IMG/VR virus record: IMGVR_UViG_3300017903_002920
Span: 1-47,044 of that record
From: a virus
Taxonomy: Duplodnaviria; Caudoviricetes
DNA length: 47,044 nucleotides
Direction: 5' to 3' (one strand)
The stretch's first letter is position 1. Every line of letters begins with the position of its first letter. Under the pieces are notes generated by a model that saw only the letters and a program-made list of their open reading frames with translations, was not told where the DNA came from and made no database searches. Made by a program: the position numbers and the translations under genes. Below, one piece after another: positions 36,680 through 45,485 of this stretch.

Positions 36680-39106
36680 TCAAACAGTACCAACAACTTC
36701 CTGGAAGTCAACACCAGTTCTAGTAGCAACGAATGTCAGTGTGACATAGTTGATAGACTTGGCAGGCTTCAAGAAGATATCTGCTCTAAACTCGTTATTA
36801 TCAATAACATCAGGTGTGTTATTTGTCTCGTCACAAACAACCAAGAAGTCATAGAGACCTCTCTTAGCCTGAACATCTCTCAGATAAGGCTCAACAATAT
36901 TCACAAAGTTAGCTCTTGTGCTGTCATCATTGAGTTCGAAGAGTTGAGCATTTGCAGCTCCTTCAAGCGCCTGTTCTACAGTCAGGAACAGTCTTCTAAC
37001 ATTGATTCTATCAAACGCTGAAGAGTAAGACAATCCAGTCTTGTCACCAAAGAGAAGAATTCCAGCACCTTTCAGTGAAATAATGGAATTGATTCTTGAA
37101 CCATAAAGTTCATCTCTTTGACCCTTAGTTGGATTATATGCCAACTTGATAGCGTTGTTCAGAATACCTCTTTGCTGACCTGCAGGTGAGAACCATGGGT
37201 AAGCTTCAATACTTGTTCTGACACAAAGACCAGCTACATCACCATTAGTTGGGACATATCTGAATGCATTGTTGAATCTATCAAAGGTGTACTTATAACC
37301 CGAGTCAAAGATTGCATAAGAAGAAGATGAGATAGGTGAGTAGTACTCAAGAATGTTGCTTGTCTGTTGTGCAGAACTTGAGACGTTTACAACGTTACCT
37401 CTATGTGGTGAGATAGTTGCGACACAATCCTTTCTACCTTCAGCAATGGAGATTAGATAATTTGCCTTTGCCTGAGTTTCATTTTCAACTGTGAGTCCAG
37501 GACCCATGATAAGGTAGTCAACTTCAATTTCATCCTTATCAGCAAAGTAACCATAACCGGTAACAAGGTCACCCAGTTCAGCGGCCATTCCCTTATTTGC
37601 ACTATAGTCAACACCACCTTCAAGCTTGTAATCTACGTTACCAATTGAGGAGAAGTTGATGTTTCTTGCATCTTGAGCCCAGAGGCCTTGTGCAGTAGTG
37701 TAAGGTACAAATTCAGTTGAGAATCCAGAAGCAATTGGAGCAGTGTTTCTGAAGTTATCACGTGCATTAGATGGGTTGTAACCAGCAAAGATATACTTGG
37801 AATTGAGTGCCAGGAAATCCTTGTAATATACGTTGGTAGGATTATCTGCATCTGCAGTTGCATCCTTCGCCTTGGACAAGAACGTGAATGTTTCAAGGAG
37901 ATTACCTTGAATTCCTGTTACATTTCCAGTGTCATCTACGACTGCAATGTGAAGTGCATCGTTGGATCCACCTCTTTGAGATACATACTGATTATCTACT
38001 GGTCTTGGAGCAATACTTCTCCAGAACAATGTGCTATTATCAAGACCAAGAGTTTGTTGATCGTACCAGTCTGTTGCATCACTGATCGTCACTGATCCAA
38101 CTTCATCACCATCTTCATCATTGATCTTCAGAATGTCTGAATCAGTAAAGGAGTGAACAGCATTGAATTGCTGATATGTTGCTGGGATTGTTGTTCCTGC
38201 AGTAGAAACAAGATTCTGGTAAGTAACTGCAGTACCAACAGAGGACAGAGTCGAACCAATACCAGCTGCAAGTGTAACTGAAGTAGTTCCAAAACCAACG
38301 ATCTTGATAGAACCACTACCAGGGGTAACTGCAAAGTTGCCGGTTTCAATTCCTGTAGTACTATTGACAAACAGAATGGTATCACCAGCTCCAGCTGCTG
38401 CTGTGGTGGTTGTAAACGCAATGTTTACATAGTCTTGTGATACTGGATAAACCTTCTCAAGAACTTTGACTTCTACTGTACTATTAGAGTTTTGTGCATC
38501 AGTGTTGACACCAGTAATAATACCCTTGAGATGACCAGTGAAACTGTTGACTGCTCCATTCTCTGGAATATTGACGAAGTCTCTTGCTGCAGTAACACCG
38601 TAACCAACTTGGAAACCAAGAGCACCAGGATTAGTAGATGCAACACTCAGAATTTGGTCTGACTTGTTATCAATGAAACAAACTTTCAGATTGTTCGACC
38701 AAGTGCCACCATTTCTTGCTGCGTAATACCATGATGTACCGTCGATATCATTGAGCTCATAGTCATCGAGGTTGTCGATTTTCAGACTAGAGTCAAATCC
38801 AGTACCAACTCCGGCATTACCGTTATTGAGAGTTGAGCCAGATACTCTGACAACTTTCAGAATTCCGCCGTAAGAAAGAAAGTCATTAGCAGTCAACCAG
38901 TACTCATACTGTCTGTCTGTTCCTAATGGCTTTCCAAAAGTATTAATGAATTGCTGTTGTGTCTCAATAGTGATTGGTTCGTTTACAGGTCCAATTGGAA
39001 AAGGACCAGCAATAGCACCAATGTTGTCAAGAACATTTTCAGCTCTTCCAACTGTGAGATCAACTTCCCTGATTAATACTCCTGGAGATAATTGAGGAGT
39101 AGCCAT
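36680..39106 (-). CDS. g18: Tail sheath protein
   Basis: SPGV..RE.DLT, WFSPAG..RG, FDRINVRRLF and KPAKSINY motifs. Confidence 0.97.
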   Translation of the reverse strand: MATPQLSPGVLIREVDLTVGRAENVLDNIGAIAGPFPIGPVNEPITIETQQQFINTFGKPLGTDRQYEYWLTANDFLSYGGILKVVRVSGSTLNNGNAGVGTGFDSSLKIDNLDDYELNDIDGTSWYYAARNGGTWSNNLKVCFIDNKSDQILSVASTNPGALGFQVGYGVTAARDFVNIPENGAVNSFTGHLKGIITGVNTDAQNSNSTVEVKVLEKVYPVSQDYVNIAFTTTTAAAGAGDTILFVNSTTGIETGNFAVTPGSGSIKIVGFGTTSVTLAAGIGSTLSSVGTAVTYQNLVSTAGTTIPATYQQFNAVHSFTDSDILKINDEDGDEVGSVTISDATDWYDQQTLGLDNSTLFWRSIAPRPVDNQYVSQRGGSNDALHIAVVDDTGNVTGIQGNLLETFTFLSKAKDATADADNPTNVYYKDFLALNSKYIFAGYNPSNARDNFRNTAPIASGFSTEFVPYTTAQGLWAQDARNINFSSIGNVDYKLEGGVDYSANKGMAAELGDLVTGYGYFADKDEIEVDYLIMGPGLTVENETQAKANYLISIAEGRKDCVATISPHRGNVVNVSSSAQQTSNILEYYSPISSSSYAIFDSGYKYTFDRFNNAFRYVPTNGDVAGLCVRTSIEAYPWFSPAGQQRGILNNAIKLAYNPTKGQRDELYGSRINSIISLKGAGILLFGDKTGLSYSSAFDRINVRRLFLTVEQALEGAANAQLFELNDDSTRANFVNIVEPYLRDVQAKRGLYDFLVVCDETNNTPDVIDNNEFRADIFLKPAKSINYVTLTFVATRTGVDFQEVVGTV

Positions 39107-39190
39107 GTGTTTCTCGCTCCTGTGGTTCTCAGATTAACTAATAATATTTAGATTTTTGTATCTTTTGACAGGGAAAACACGAAGTAAACA

Positions 39191-39436
39191 CTACCAATTT
39201 GGGTAGTCGTCTACATGAGTAAAATTGTTGTGGATGTATTTTTTATTATTTCTATTTTTTATAACTCTTTTAACATTACACTCCTTACATTCATATGAGT
39301 AAGAGGATGGAACGGGTCCTCTATCCTTTCTTGTCCTGTAGTATCCATCCACAAGATTTTTCACTTGTCCACAGGTATTACATTTTCTTTCTATTAGAAG
39401 TAAGTGGTTTAATTCAAACTGTTTTTCAAAATCCAT
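39191..39436 (-). CDS. Small zinc-finger protein
   Basis: CNTC...CKEC; start placed at ATG 39436 (TAATG overlap with g17). Confidence 0.7.
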   Translation of the reverse strand: MDFEKQFELNHLLLIERKCNTCGQVKNLVDGYYRTRKDRGPVPSSYSYECKECNVKRVIKNRNNKKYIHNNFTHVDDYPNW

Positions 39437-41100
39437 TAATAGTTCCAGAGTGTCCAACCGCCTGCAGTATTTCCATATTCATCATATGGACTTGCAACAG
39501 TCCATCTATCACCCTCGGAATCTACAAAACCATCTTCATCTAATCCGTCATTCAAAAAACCAAATGGTGCCATGTCCTGTTCAATTTGATTTTTCTGTTC
39601 TTCGTATAACCTCTTTCTAACATCTTGTTCTGTGAGTTCTTTGAAGTAATCTTGAGCAACTAACCATGCATAGATGACAAGACACATTGCCAAATCATCA
39701 TTACAACCCTCTTCTGCTTCAAATGAATTACCTTTTGAGATGAATGTAGTAAGTTCAGAAATAATTTCATAATCATTGAAGATTAATTTATCTTCTTCAA
39801 TCATAGTCTTGAGATTGAGTGCTCCAACCTTCTTGACAGTCTTAGACATCTTAACACCAAGTTGTGTCTTTGTTCCTGAGAAACCTTGACCGACTACCTG
39901 ACCTGCTCTTCCTCTCATAGCACACATCAGAAGATTTTGATACTCTAAGTCATACTGAAGAATAGATGCAATCTGGTCTCCAATATCATTAACCTCACAT
40001 AAGATAAACGCATTATTATAGGACTTTGCTACTTCCCAAATAATATTTGGAAATAACATGGGTTTGATGGTATTATTCCTATACTTTCCAACAATACGAT
40101 GTGGGAAGGTTGTAATATCTGCAACAATAAATGCTGAATAATCTTCTCCAACCCCTCTAGCAACATCAACAGTAACTATGTAATCATGTTCTGGTTTTGG
40201 TTCCTCATGAATATCAAGACCTGCACTTTGTTTGATTGGATTATCATAGATAAGTGACTTGAGTTTACTGGGTGCAATTAATGTATCAACTGACCCAAGA
40301 AACTCACACTCAAACTCAATTTTAAACTGTTGTTCAGATGTGTTCTTAATAGTCTGTTCTTTCCAGACCTCATCTCTTCCAGGAACTTCTGACCAATGAA
40401 CATCAGTCGGAATATATTCATTCTTACCTTTCTCCGCATCATGCCACATCCTATAGAAGTGGTTCATGCCATGAGGCGTTGAAACAATAATTACCTTCGT
40501 TGATTTACCAGAAGTAATAGTAGGATAAACAGAGGCAAAGAAGGCATCTGCAACATGGTTTGGAACGAACGCAAATTCGTCGAGGAAGAGAATGTTAAAC
40601 GACATGCCTCGGACAGCACTTGCAGACGTAGAAGCAGCCAATATCTTTGATCCATTTTCTAATTCAATATTACCTTTGTTCCAAACAAGAATACCCTGTT
40701 GCATCCACTTGGGTAAGTTCTCATATGCAGTTGCAAGTCTTGCTAAAAGTTCTCTTGCAGTTGTTGCTTTGTTTGCTAGAATACCAATGTTGACACTATC
40801 ATTGAAAATAGCATAATGAAGTAGATATGATACACAAGTAGTTGACTTACCAGTCTGACGAGGCATCTTACAGATATTAAATCTGTTATGATGAAATCTC
40901 TCAATAAGTTTTTCTTGAAAGTCGTAAGTCTTAAATGGTTGTAAACCATGATCCAGAGTTACAATCTTTACATAATTACGAGCAAAGTATATCGGATCAT
41001 TCTTACATTTGATATACTCTTCAATCTGCTCTTGTGTAAATTCAATTGCAGTATTTGCTTTCTTAAGAAGGGGATTACCTAAGTAGACATCATTACTCAT
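39436..41100 (-). CDS. g17: Terminase large subunit
   Basis: PRQTGKST, FLDEFAF, VSTP.G.NHF, DVARG and DDLAM motifs. Confidence 0.98.
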   Translation of the reverse strand: MSNDVYLGNPLLKKANTAIEFTQEQIEEYIKCKNDPIYFARNYVKIVTLDHGLQPFKTYDFQEKLIERFHHNRFNICKMPRQTGKSTTCVSYLLHYAIFNDSVNIGILANKATTARELLARLATAYENLPKWMQQGILVWNKGNIELENGSKILAASTSASAVRGMSFNILFLDEFAFVPNHVADAFFASVYPTITSGKSTKVIIVSTPHGMNHFYRMWHDAEKGKNEYIPTDVHWSEVPGRDEVWKEQTIKNTSEQQFKIEFECEFLGSVDTLIAPSKLKSLIYDNPIKQSAGLDIHEEPKPEHDYIVTVDVARGVGEDYSAFIVADITTFPHRIVGKYRNNTIKPMLFPNIIWEVAKSYNNAFILCEVNDIGDQIASILQYDLEYQNLLMCAMRGRAGQVVGQGFSGTKTQLGVKMSKTVKKVGALNLKTMIEEDKLIFNDYEIISELTTFISKGNSFEAEEGCNDDLAMCLVIYAWLVAQDYFKELTEQDVRKRLYEEQKNQIEQDMAPFGFLNDGLDEDGFVDSEGDRWTVASPYDEYGNTAGGWTLWNY

Positions 41101-41107
41101 AAGTTAA

Positions 41108-41890
41108 TTAAGATTTATTTTGAACTAATAGAATACAAAAAGTTGCAGCACACTTCATATTGTTTGTTGGAGATAATGCCCTAATATCTATATCAGTTTT
41201 CTCATTGATTTTGAGTGGAAACTTATATTCTCTCTCAACAGAATTCTGATTAGTATGAATAATATCTCTTGATCTCCAGACACCACCATCAGTACCTTCT
41301 CTCTGCATCAAAAAGACATCACCATCTGCCTTTGCAGTTGATGCATTGAACTGATAAATGAAACCTGTATATCCTGCAGGAACTGTATAGACGGACATAA
41401 AGGTTTGCCCCAATCCAGTTGAGGTTGGAGAACCTGCAGTCTTGATTTGAGCAACAGTTGTACCACCTTTAGTGATAGTCAGAGTTCCTTCATTGGTTCC
41501 TGTAGTTCCTGCTTCAGTCACATATGCACGAAATACTCTTAAAAACTCAACTGTTGATGTTCTAGTAGAAGTACCATTTGTGATAAGAGTGTCGGTTACA
41601 AGATTATAGTTTGCATCTAAACCTTCAATTAATACTCTATGAGCACCGGTGCCTTCTACACCACCACCCTTGTCTTCATCATCTTCAGTAGAACTGGAAG
41701 TTAATACTACTGTTCCTGCACTCGCAAAACTACTCCAGGGATAAAGTCCACCAACATCCCAGACACTTTCCATTGATCCATCAACATCATCATTATTTCC
41801 AAATTTGATGACATGAAATGCACCACGAACTTTACCACGAGAAACATTGAGTTCCCATGCCTCGTCCCAAATATAATTTCTATAGCTCAT
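41108..41890 (-). CDS. Hypothetical beta-rich protein, probably structural
   Basis: Gly/Thr-rich, TAATG-coupled, in a late operon. Confidence 0.75.
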   Translation of the reverse strand: MSYRNYIWDEAWELNVSRGKVRGAFHVIKFGNNDDVDGSMESVWDVGGLYPWSSFASAGTVVLTSSSTEDDEDKGGGVEGTGAHRVLIEGLDANYNLVTDTLITNGTSTRTSTVEFLRVFRAYVTEAGTTGTNEGTLTITKGGTTVAQIKTAGSPTSTGLGQTFMSVYTVPAGYTGFIYQFNASTAKADGDVFLMQREGTDGGVWRSRDIIHTNQNSVEREYKFPLKINEKTDIDIRALSPTNNMKCAATFCILLVQNKS

Positions 41891-42228
41891 TAGTCAACCC
41901 AATCTAATTTTCCTGGATGATATCTTTTTATATCACCAAATTTTACTAATGGTTTTTGTTCTACTGGATATATTCTTTGAACAATCGCTCCAGGATATTC
42001 ACCTTGAAGTTGTTCTGCTAACTCTTGATTTGTTGGTAGTCTTACAGAATTTGCTTGTTCTAACTTCACTCTGTAAATACTACCCATCCAAACAAAGTCT
42101 GCTTGGTATTGATAGTTCTCTTCTACTTGTTGTTCTGGTGAAACAGAATTACCACTCACATTGAGGGTTCCATTGAAGTCACCGTGAATAGTGACAGACT
42201 CCTTTATAAATTCTTTGAAATCTTTCAT
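41890..42228 (-). CDS. Putative internal head protein with capsid-targeting sequence
   Basis: Start at ATG 42228 (TGATG overlap) gives MKDFKEFIKES, which resembles the T4 internal-protein leader MKTYQEFIAE. Confidence 0.7.
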   Translation of the reverse strand: MKDFKEFIKESVTIHGDFNGTLNVSGNSVSPEQQVEENYQYQADFVWMGSIYRVKLEQANSVRLPTNQELAEQLQGEYPGAIVQRIYPVEQKPLVKFGDIKRYHPGKLDWVD

Positions 42229-43523
42229 CAGCACTTCCAACGACGACGGGCTTTACAGATTGCTTTATCTGGTGTCTTTGAACAATCTATATTATGCATA
42301 TCTTTTTGACCTTCTGAACGAGAGCAATATGAATTACGTCTCTTTGCATCCTTACTACCAGGTTTGGGGTCACCAGTCACAGCAGTCTTTAATTTAGAAC
42401 CAGGATTTTCACGACGATATGCTTTTACTGCTTCAGGACTCATACCATCAGTCTTATCTTTCTTATTTACTTTTTGCCAATCTTCTTCAATTTCAACTTC
42501 TTCCTTCACACCAACATTCAACATTGGTTCACTTGGATCATAAGGTGCAAGATAAAAATGTTTTACAAAAGAACCGGGATACACTTTTTCAAGAGCCTCT
42601 TGAACTTCACTTCTTGCAGGTTTTCTGACTTCTGGGAAGAAGATCTTCATCATCATATACTTACCTCTCCAAGTAAATCCAACGAGGTATACATTACCAT
42701 TCTGAGCAGGAACTCTAGTTGCCTCTTCAATGGTCTCTTCCTTTTCCTTTGTCTCTTCACCAACTGGAACACAGTTAGGAACCATTTTATTTCCTTTCTT
42801 CTTCATACCCTTTTGGGTATAACCAACCCAACACTTTTCATCAAGAACCTCAACTTCAATACCGGCATTTCTCATTGAGTTGATTTGAAGGTCGGTAAAT
42901 TCTGGAAGAGCCAAGAATTCTTCATTCTTTGACTTACCGTAATTTGCAGCACCTTTTTTACGACACTGAACCAAACGACCAGATGCATAAGCAGAAGGCC
43001 AGACTTTTGCAGATGCCTTGACCTTATGGTAACAAGCATCCTTTTTACCACTTCCTTTACCCTTCTTATCTGCTTCGTTGATTTCCATTTCTTCTTTCAT
43101 TTTCTTTTTTGGTTTATCAGTTGAAACGTAAGTGGGCTTTGCAGCGTTAGACTTTTTCTGTTGATTGGGGTCTGCTGCCTTTTTTCTACGAGCAGCAGAC
43201 TTTCTTTCTGCAGGTGTCATACTTGCTCTTTTAGAAGATGAAACACACTTTGGTGTACCCTCTCCAGGTTCATCACTTGCACAGGTACCACCAGTAACTA
43301 CATTCACCCAACCAGATTTACCATCTTTGGATTTGGATCCCTTGAACCACTGATGTAAATTACCTTCTTTCTGTAATACCCTTCCAGTACGAGGGTCAAG
43401 TTCCCTACCAAAGGTGTCAAAGGAACGCGGTGGTAGTGCTTTCTCGAAACGCCTCTTTGCCTCTTCTCTCCTCCTACGCTCTTCGCCACCGTAGGTTGCT
43501 TCAGTTACTTCTTCATCTCTCAT
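42228..43523 (-). CDS. Modular Lys/Cys-rich protein, putative internal head polyprotein (C-terminal DUF6321-like)
   Basis: Basic Cys-pair modules separated by acidic (I/L/V)xE linkers; perfect TATAAATA upstream. Confidence 0.75.
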   Translation of the reverse strand: MRDEEVTEATYGGEERRRREEAKRRFEKALPPRSFDTFGRELDPRTGRVLQKEGNLHQWFKGSKSKDGKSGWVNVVTGGTCASDEPGEGTPKCVSSSKRASMTPAERKSAARRKKAADPNQQKKSNAAKPTYVSTDKPKKKMKEEMEINEADKKGKGSGKKDACYHKVKASAKVWPSAYASGRLVQCRKKGAANYGKSKNEEFLALPEFTDLQINSMRNAGIEVEVLDEKCWVGYTQKGMKKKGNKMVPNCVPVGEETKEKEETIEEATRVPAQNGNVYLVGFTWRGKYMMMKIFFPEVRKPARSEVQEALEKVYPGSFVKHFYLAPYDPSEPMLNVGVKEEVEIEEDWQKVNKKDKTDGMSPEAVKAYRRENPGSKLKTAVTGDPKPGSKDAKRRNSYCSRSEGQKDMHNIDCSKTPDKAICKARRRWKC

Positions 43524-43551
43524 TTTATTTTGGAAGGAGTTCCTCTTTTTT

Positions 43552-43559
43552 TATTTATA
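43552..43559 (-). promoter_or_regulatory. T4-type late promoter TATAAATA (representative)
   Basis: Exact consensus. Related (A/C/T)TAAATA boxes sit in minus-strand intergenic gaps near 44483, 39145, 36667, 36008, 34293, 34079, 32812, 30178, 29597, 22601, 21437, 19819, 5910 and 5327. Confidence 0.85.
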
Positions 43560-43593
43560 AAGTGTAGAAGAAACACCTTCCATTATCATCATT

Positions 43594-43803
43594 CTATAGA
43601 GTTTCTTCTTGACCTTCCTCTTGAGCAACTTCATTACTTTCTTGTAAAGTTACTCCAGTTTCAGAAAGATACTCAATTACCCCTTGTACTTTAAGGAACA
43701 TTTCTCTTTTAACTGCAATTTCATTATTCAATTTACTAATTTCATTATTTAATTCAAGTCTCTTTTCAATCATTGTTTTCAGATGATTTTGTTGTTCAGT
43801 CAT
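43594..43803 (-). CDS. Small coiled-coil protein
   Basis: Heptad pattern ending LKVQGVIEYL; last gene of the fibre cassette. Confidence 0.7.
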   Translation of the reverse strand: MTEQQNHLKTMIEKRLELNNEISKLNNEIAVKREMFLKVQGVIEYLSETGVTLQESNEVAQEEGQEETL

Positions 43804-43837
43804 TTTATATAATAGAATGTGGTTTATTTATAATAAG

Positions 43838-44464
43838 TCAAGTCGTTGTTAATACCCAACCAGTTGTATTATCTGCTTTATAGGCATCTTCATCCCAAGT
43901 ATAATAAGAACCAGCATCAATCTGATCTTGAGTAAGTGTTGGACGTTCAATTGGAGGATTCCAAATTGCAAACCTATTATTATTTTCCCTTGTCCAAGAA
44001 GCATATGGTGATGGTATTGTATCTAATACCCACCCAGTTGTATTATCTGTCTGATGTGCATCCTCATCCCAAATATAAAAAGAACCAGAATCAAATTGTT
44101 CTTGAGTAAGTGTTGGATATGTTAGTGGTTCAATCCAGTCAGCAGTGGAATTGTCCAATACCCAAGACTCATATGGTTTTGGACGAATAAAAGCATCTAA
44201 AGTTGAATCGTAAGTATATCCTTCTCCGGCATAACGAAATCTAAAATTATTATTGTATGATGTTTTCTTCCATATAGTATCTACTGGACCAGTAGATACG
44301 CCTACTTCTTCTAAAATATCTGGATCATATTGAACTAGATTTTTACATATTTGAATACCGATAGTTTCACTTTCATTTCCATTTTCATCTAATATTTCAT
44401 CATTAGAAATAACTATTACTTCTTTTACAATGTTATTTGAATCTAATCTTGCAAAATGTGCCAT
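43838..44464 (-). CDS. Fibre-cassette accessory protein with internal duplication
   Basis: MAHFARLD.NN.V..VIV, W.KTSYNNNFR..YAG.GYTYD...DAFI.PKPY.SW, and two PTLTQ.Q.D.GS.Y.WDEDA...DNTTGWVL units. Confidence 0.8.
   Translation of the reverse strand: MAHFARLDSNNIVKEVIVISNDEILDENGNESETIGIQICKNLVQYDPDILEEVGVSTGPVDTIWKKTSYNNNFRFRYAGEGYTYDSTLDAFIRPKPYESWVLDNSTADWIEPLTYPTLTQEQFDSGSFYIWDEDAHQTDNTTGWVLDTIPSPYASWTRENNNRFAIWNPPIERPTLTQDQIDAGSYYTWDEDAYKADNTTGWVLTTT
43850..44117. repeat. Imperfect ~94-bp direct repeat (period 174 bp)
   Basis: 43850-43943 vs 44024-44117; shared blocks include CCAGTTGTATTATCTG and TCTTGAGTAAGTGTTGGA. Confidence 0.85.
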
Positions 44465-44489
44465 ATCAAAATATTATTTTTTTATTTAT

Positions 44490-45485
44490 TTAGTCTGAAA
44501 AAGTGATTGATCCACTAGAAGTCCAAGTATAAAATCTATAACTTCCACTTACAGAAACTGATGGACTGCCAGTTGTTGATGATGCTGTAACAGAACTAGG
44601 TACTCTTATAGTACAACGACCACTTCCTCCATTTCCACCGGAAGGTCTCTCGGGAAACCCTCCTCCTCCACCACCTCCAGTGTTTGTGGTTCCACTTACT
44701 GCAGAGTATACCCCTATTAAATAATTTCCTTCTGCACCTGCACCACCTCCACCTGCACCACCGTTACCTGATTGAGAACCATTTGCATTACCGCCACCAC
44801 CGCCACCACCGCCATACTGACCAAAAGTTGAATTAGACTTACCAGCACCACCATTGCCACCAGCGTAAAAACCTAAAATCGCATCACCTCCATCAGCACC
44901 GGTGTTACCACCGCCGCCACCACCGCCTCCAAATCCAGTTCTAGATGTATCACTAGAATCATATGCAATTCCGTTTCCTCCATCGCCGCCAGCATTACGA
45001 GTGTCACCAGAAGTTCTACCTGAATATCCAGCACCACCACCGCCATTATTAGCATTTTTGTCGTAAGATGCTCCTCTTCCTCCATATTGAGAGTTTATAA
45101 CAACTGTAGATCCATTAAGAATTCTACTTCTAGTTCCCGCCCCGCCTGGATTACCACCAGCACCAATGTTTACTGTTAAAGTTCCTGCAGATGATAAAGT
45201 TTTTGTAGCAGTCTTATAAATACCGCCAGCGCCACCGCCAGCTCCGGCTTGTCCTGAAGCAGCGAGAGAATTGCCACCACCGCCACCACCAGCGACTAAT
45301 GCAACATCATAAGTAAGGGGGAATATAGTAGCAGAAGTACCATAAAAGTCAGATAAGTCAATAGCACCAGAAGCAGGAACTCCCGTATCTACTCCATAAT
45401 ATTCACTCATAGAAATGGGATTTGAACCACCAAACTCGGTTTGAACCTGACTTAATGAAATTGCTCCAGAACTTTGTAATGCCAT
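44490..45485 (-). CDS. Glycine-rich fibre-tip adhesin-like protein (copy 2)
   Basis: MALQSSGAISLSQVQTEFGGSNPISMSEYYGVDTGVPASG is close to the copy-1 N-terminus; polyglycine runs; TGATG-coupled to the fibre gene. Confidence 0.8.
   Translation of the reverse strand: MALQSSGAISLSQVQTEFGGSNPISMSEYYGVDTGVPASGAIDLSDFYGTSATIFPLTYDVALVAGGGGGGNSLAASGQAGAGGGAGGIYKTATKTLSSAGTLTVNIGAGGNPGGAGTRSRILNGSTVVINSQYGGRGASYDKNANNGGGGAGYSGRTSGDTRNAGGDGGNGIAYDSSDTSRTGFGGGGGGGGNTGADGGDAILGFYAGGNGGAGKSNSTFGQYGGGGGGGGNANGSQSGNGGAGGGGAGAEGNYLIGVYSAVSGTTNTGGGGGGGFPERPSGGNGGSGRCTIRVPSSVTASSTTGSPSVSVSGSYRFYTWTSSGSITFSD

Noticed and set aside
2140-41100. Introns or inteins in g43, uvsW, g46, g20 or g17
   Set aside because: All are continuous ORFs of ordinary length with no splice-junction or homing-endonuclease motifs.
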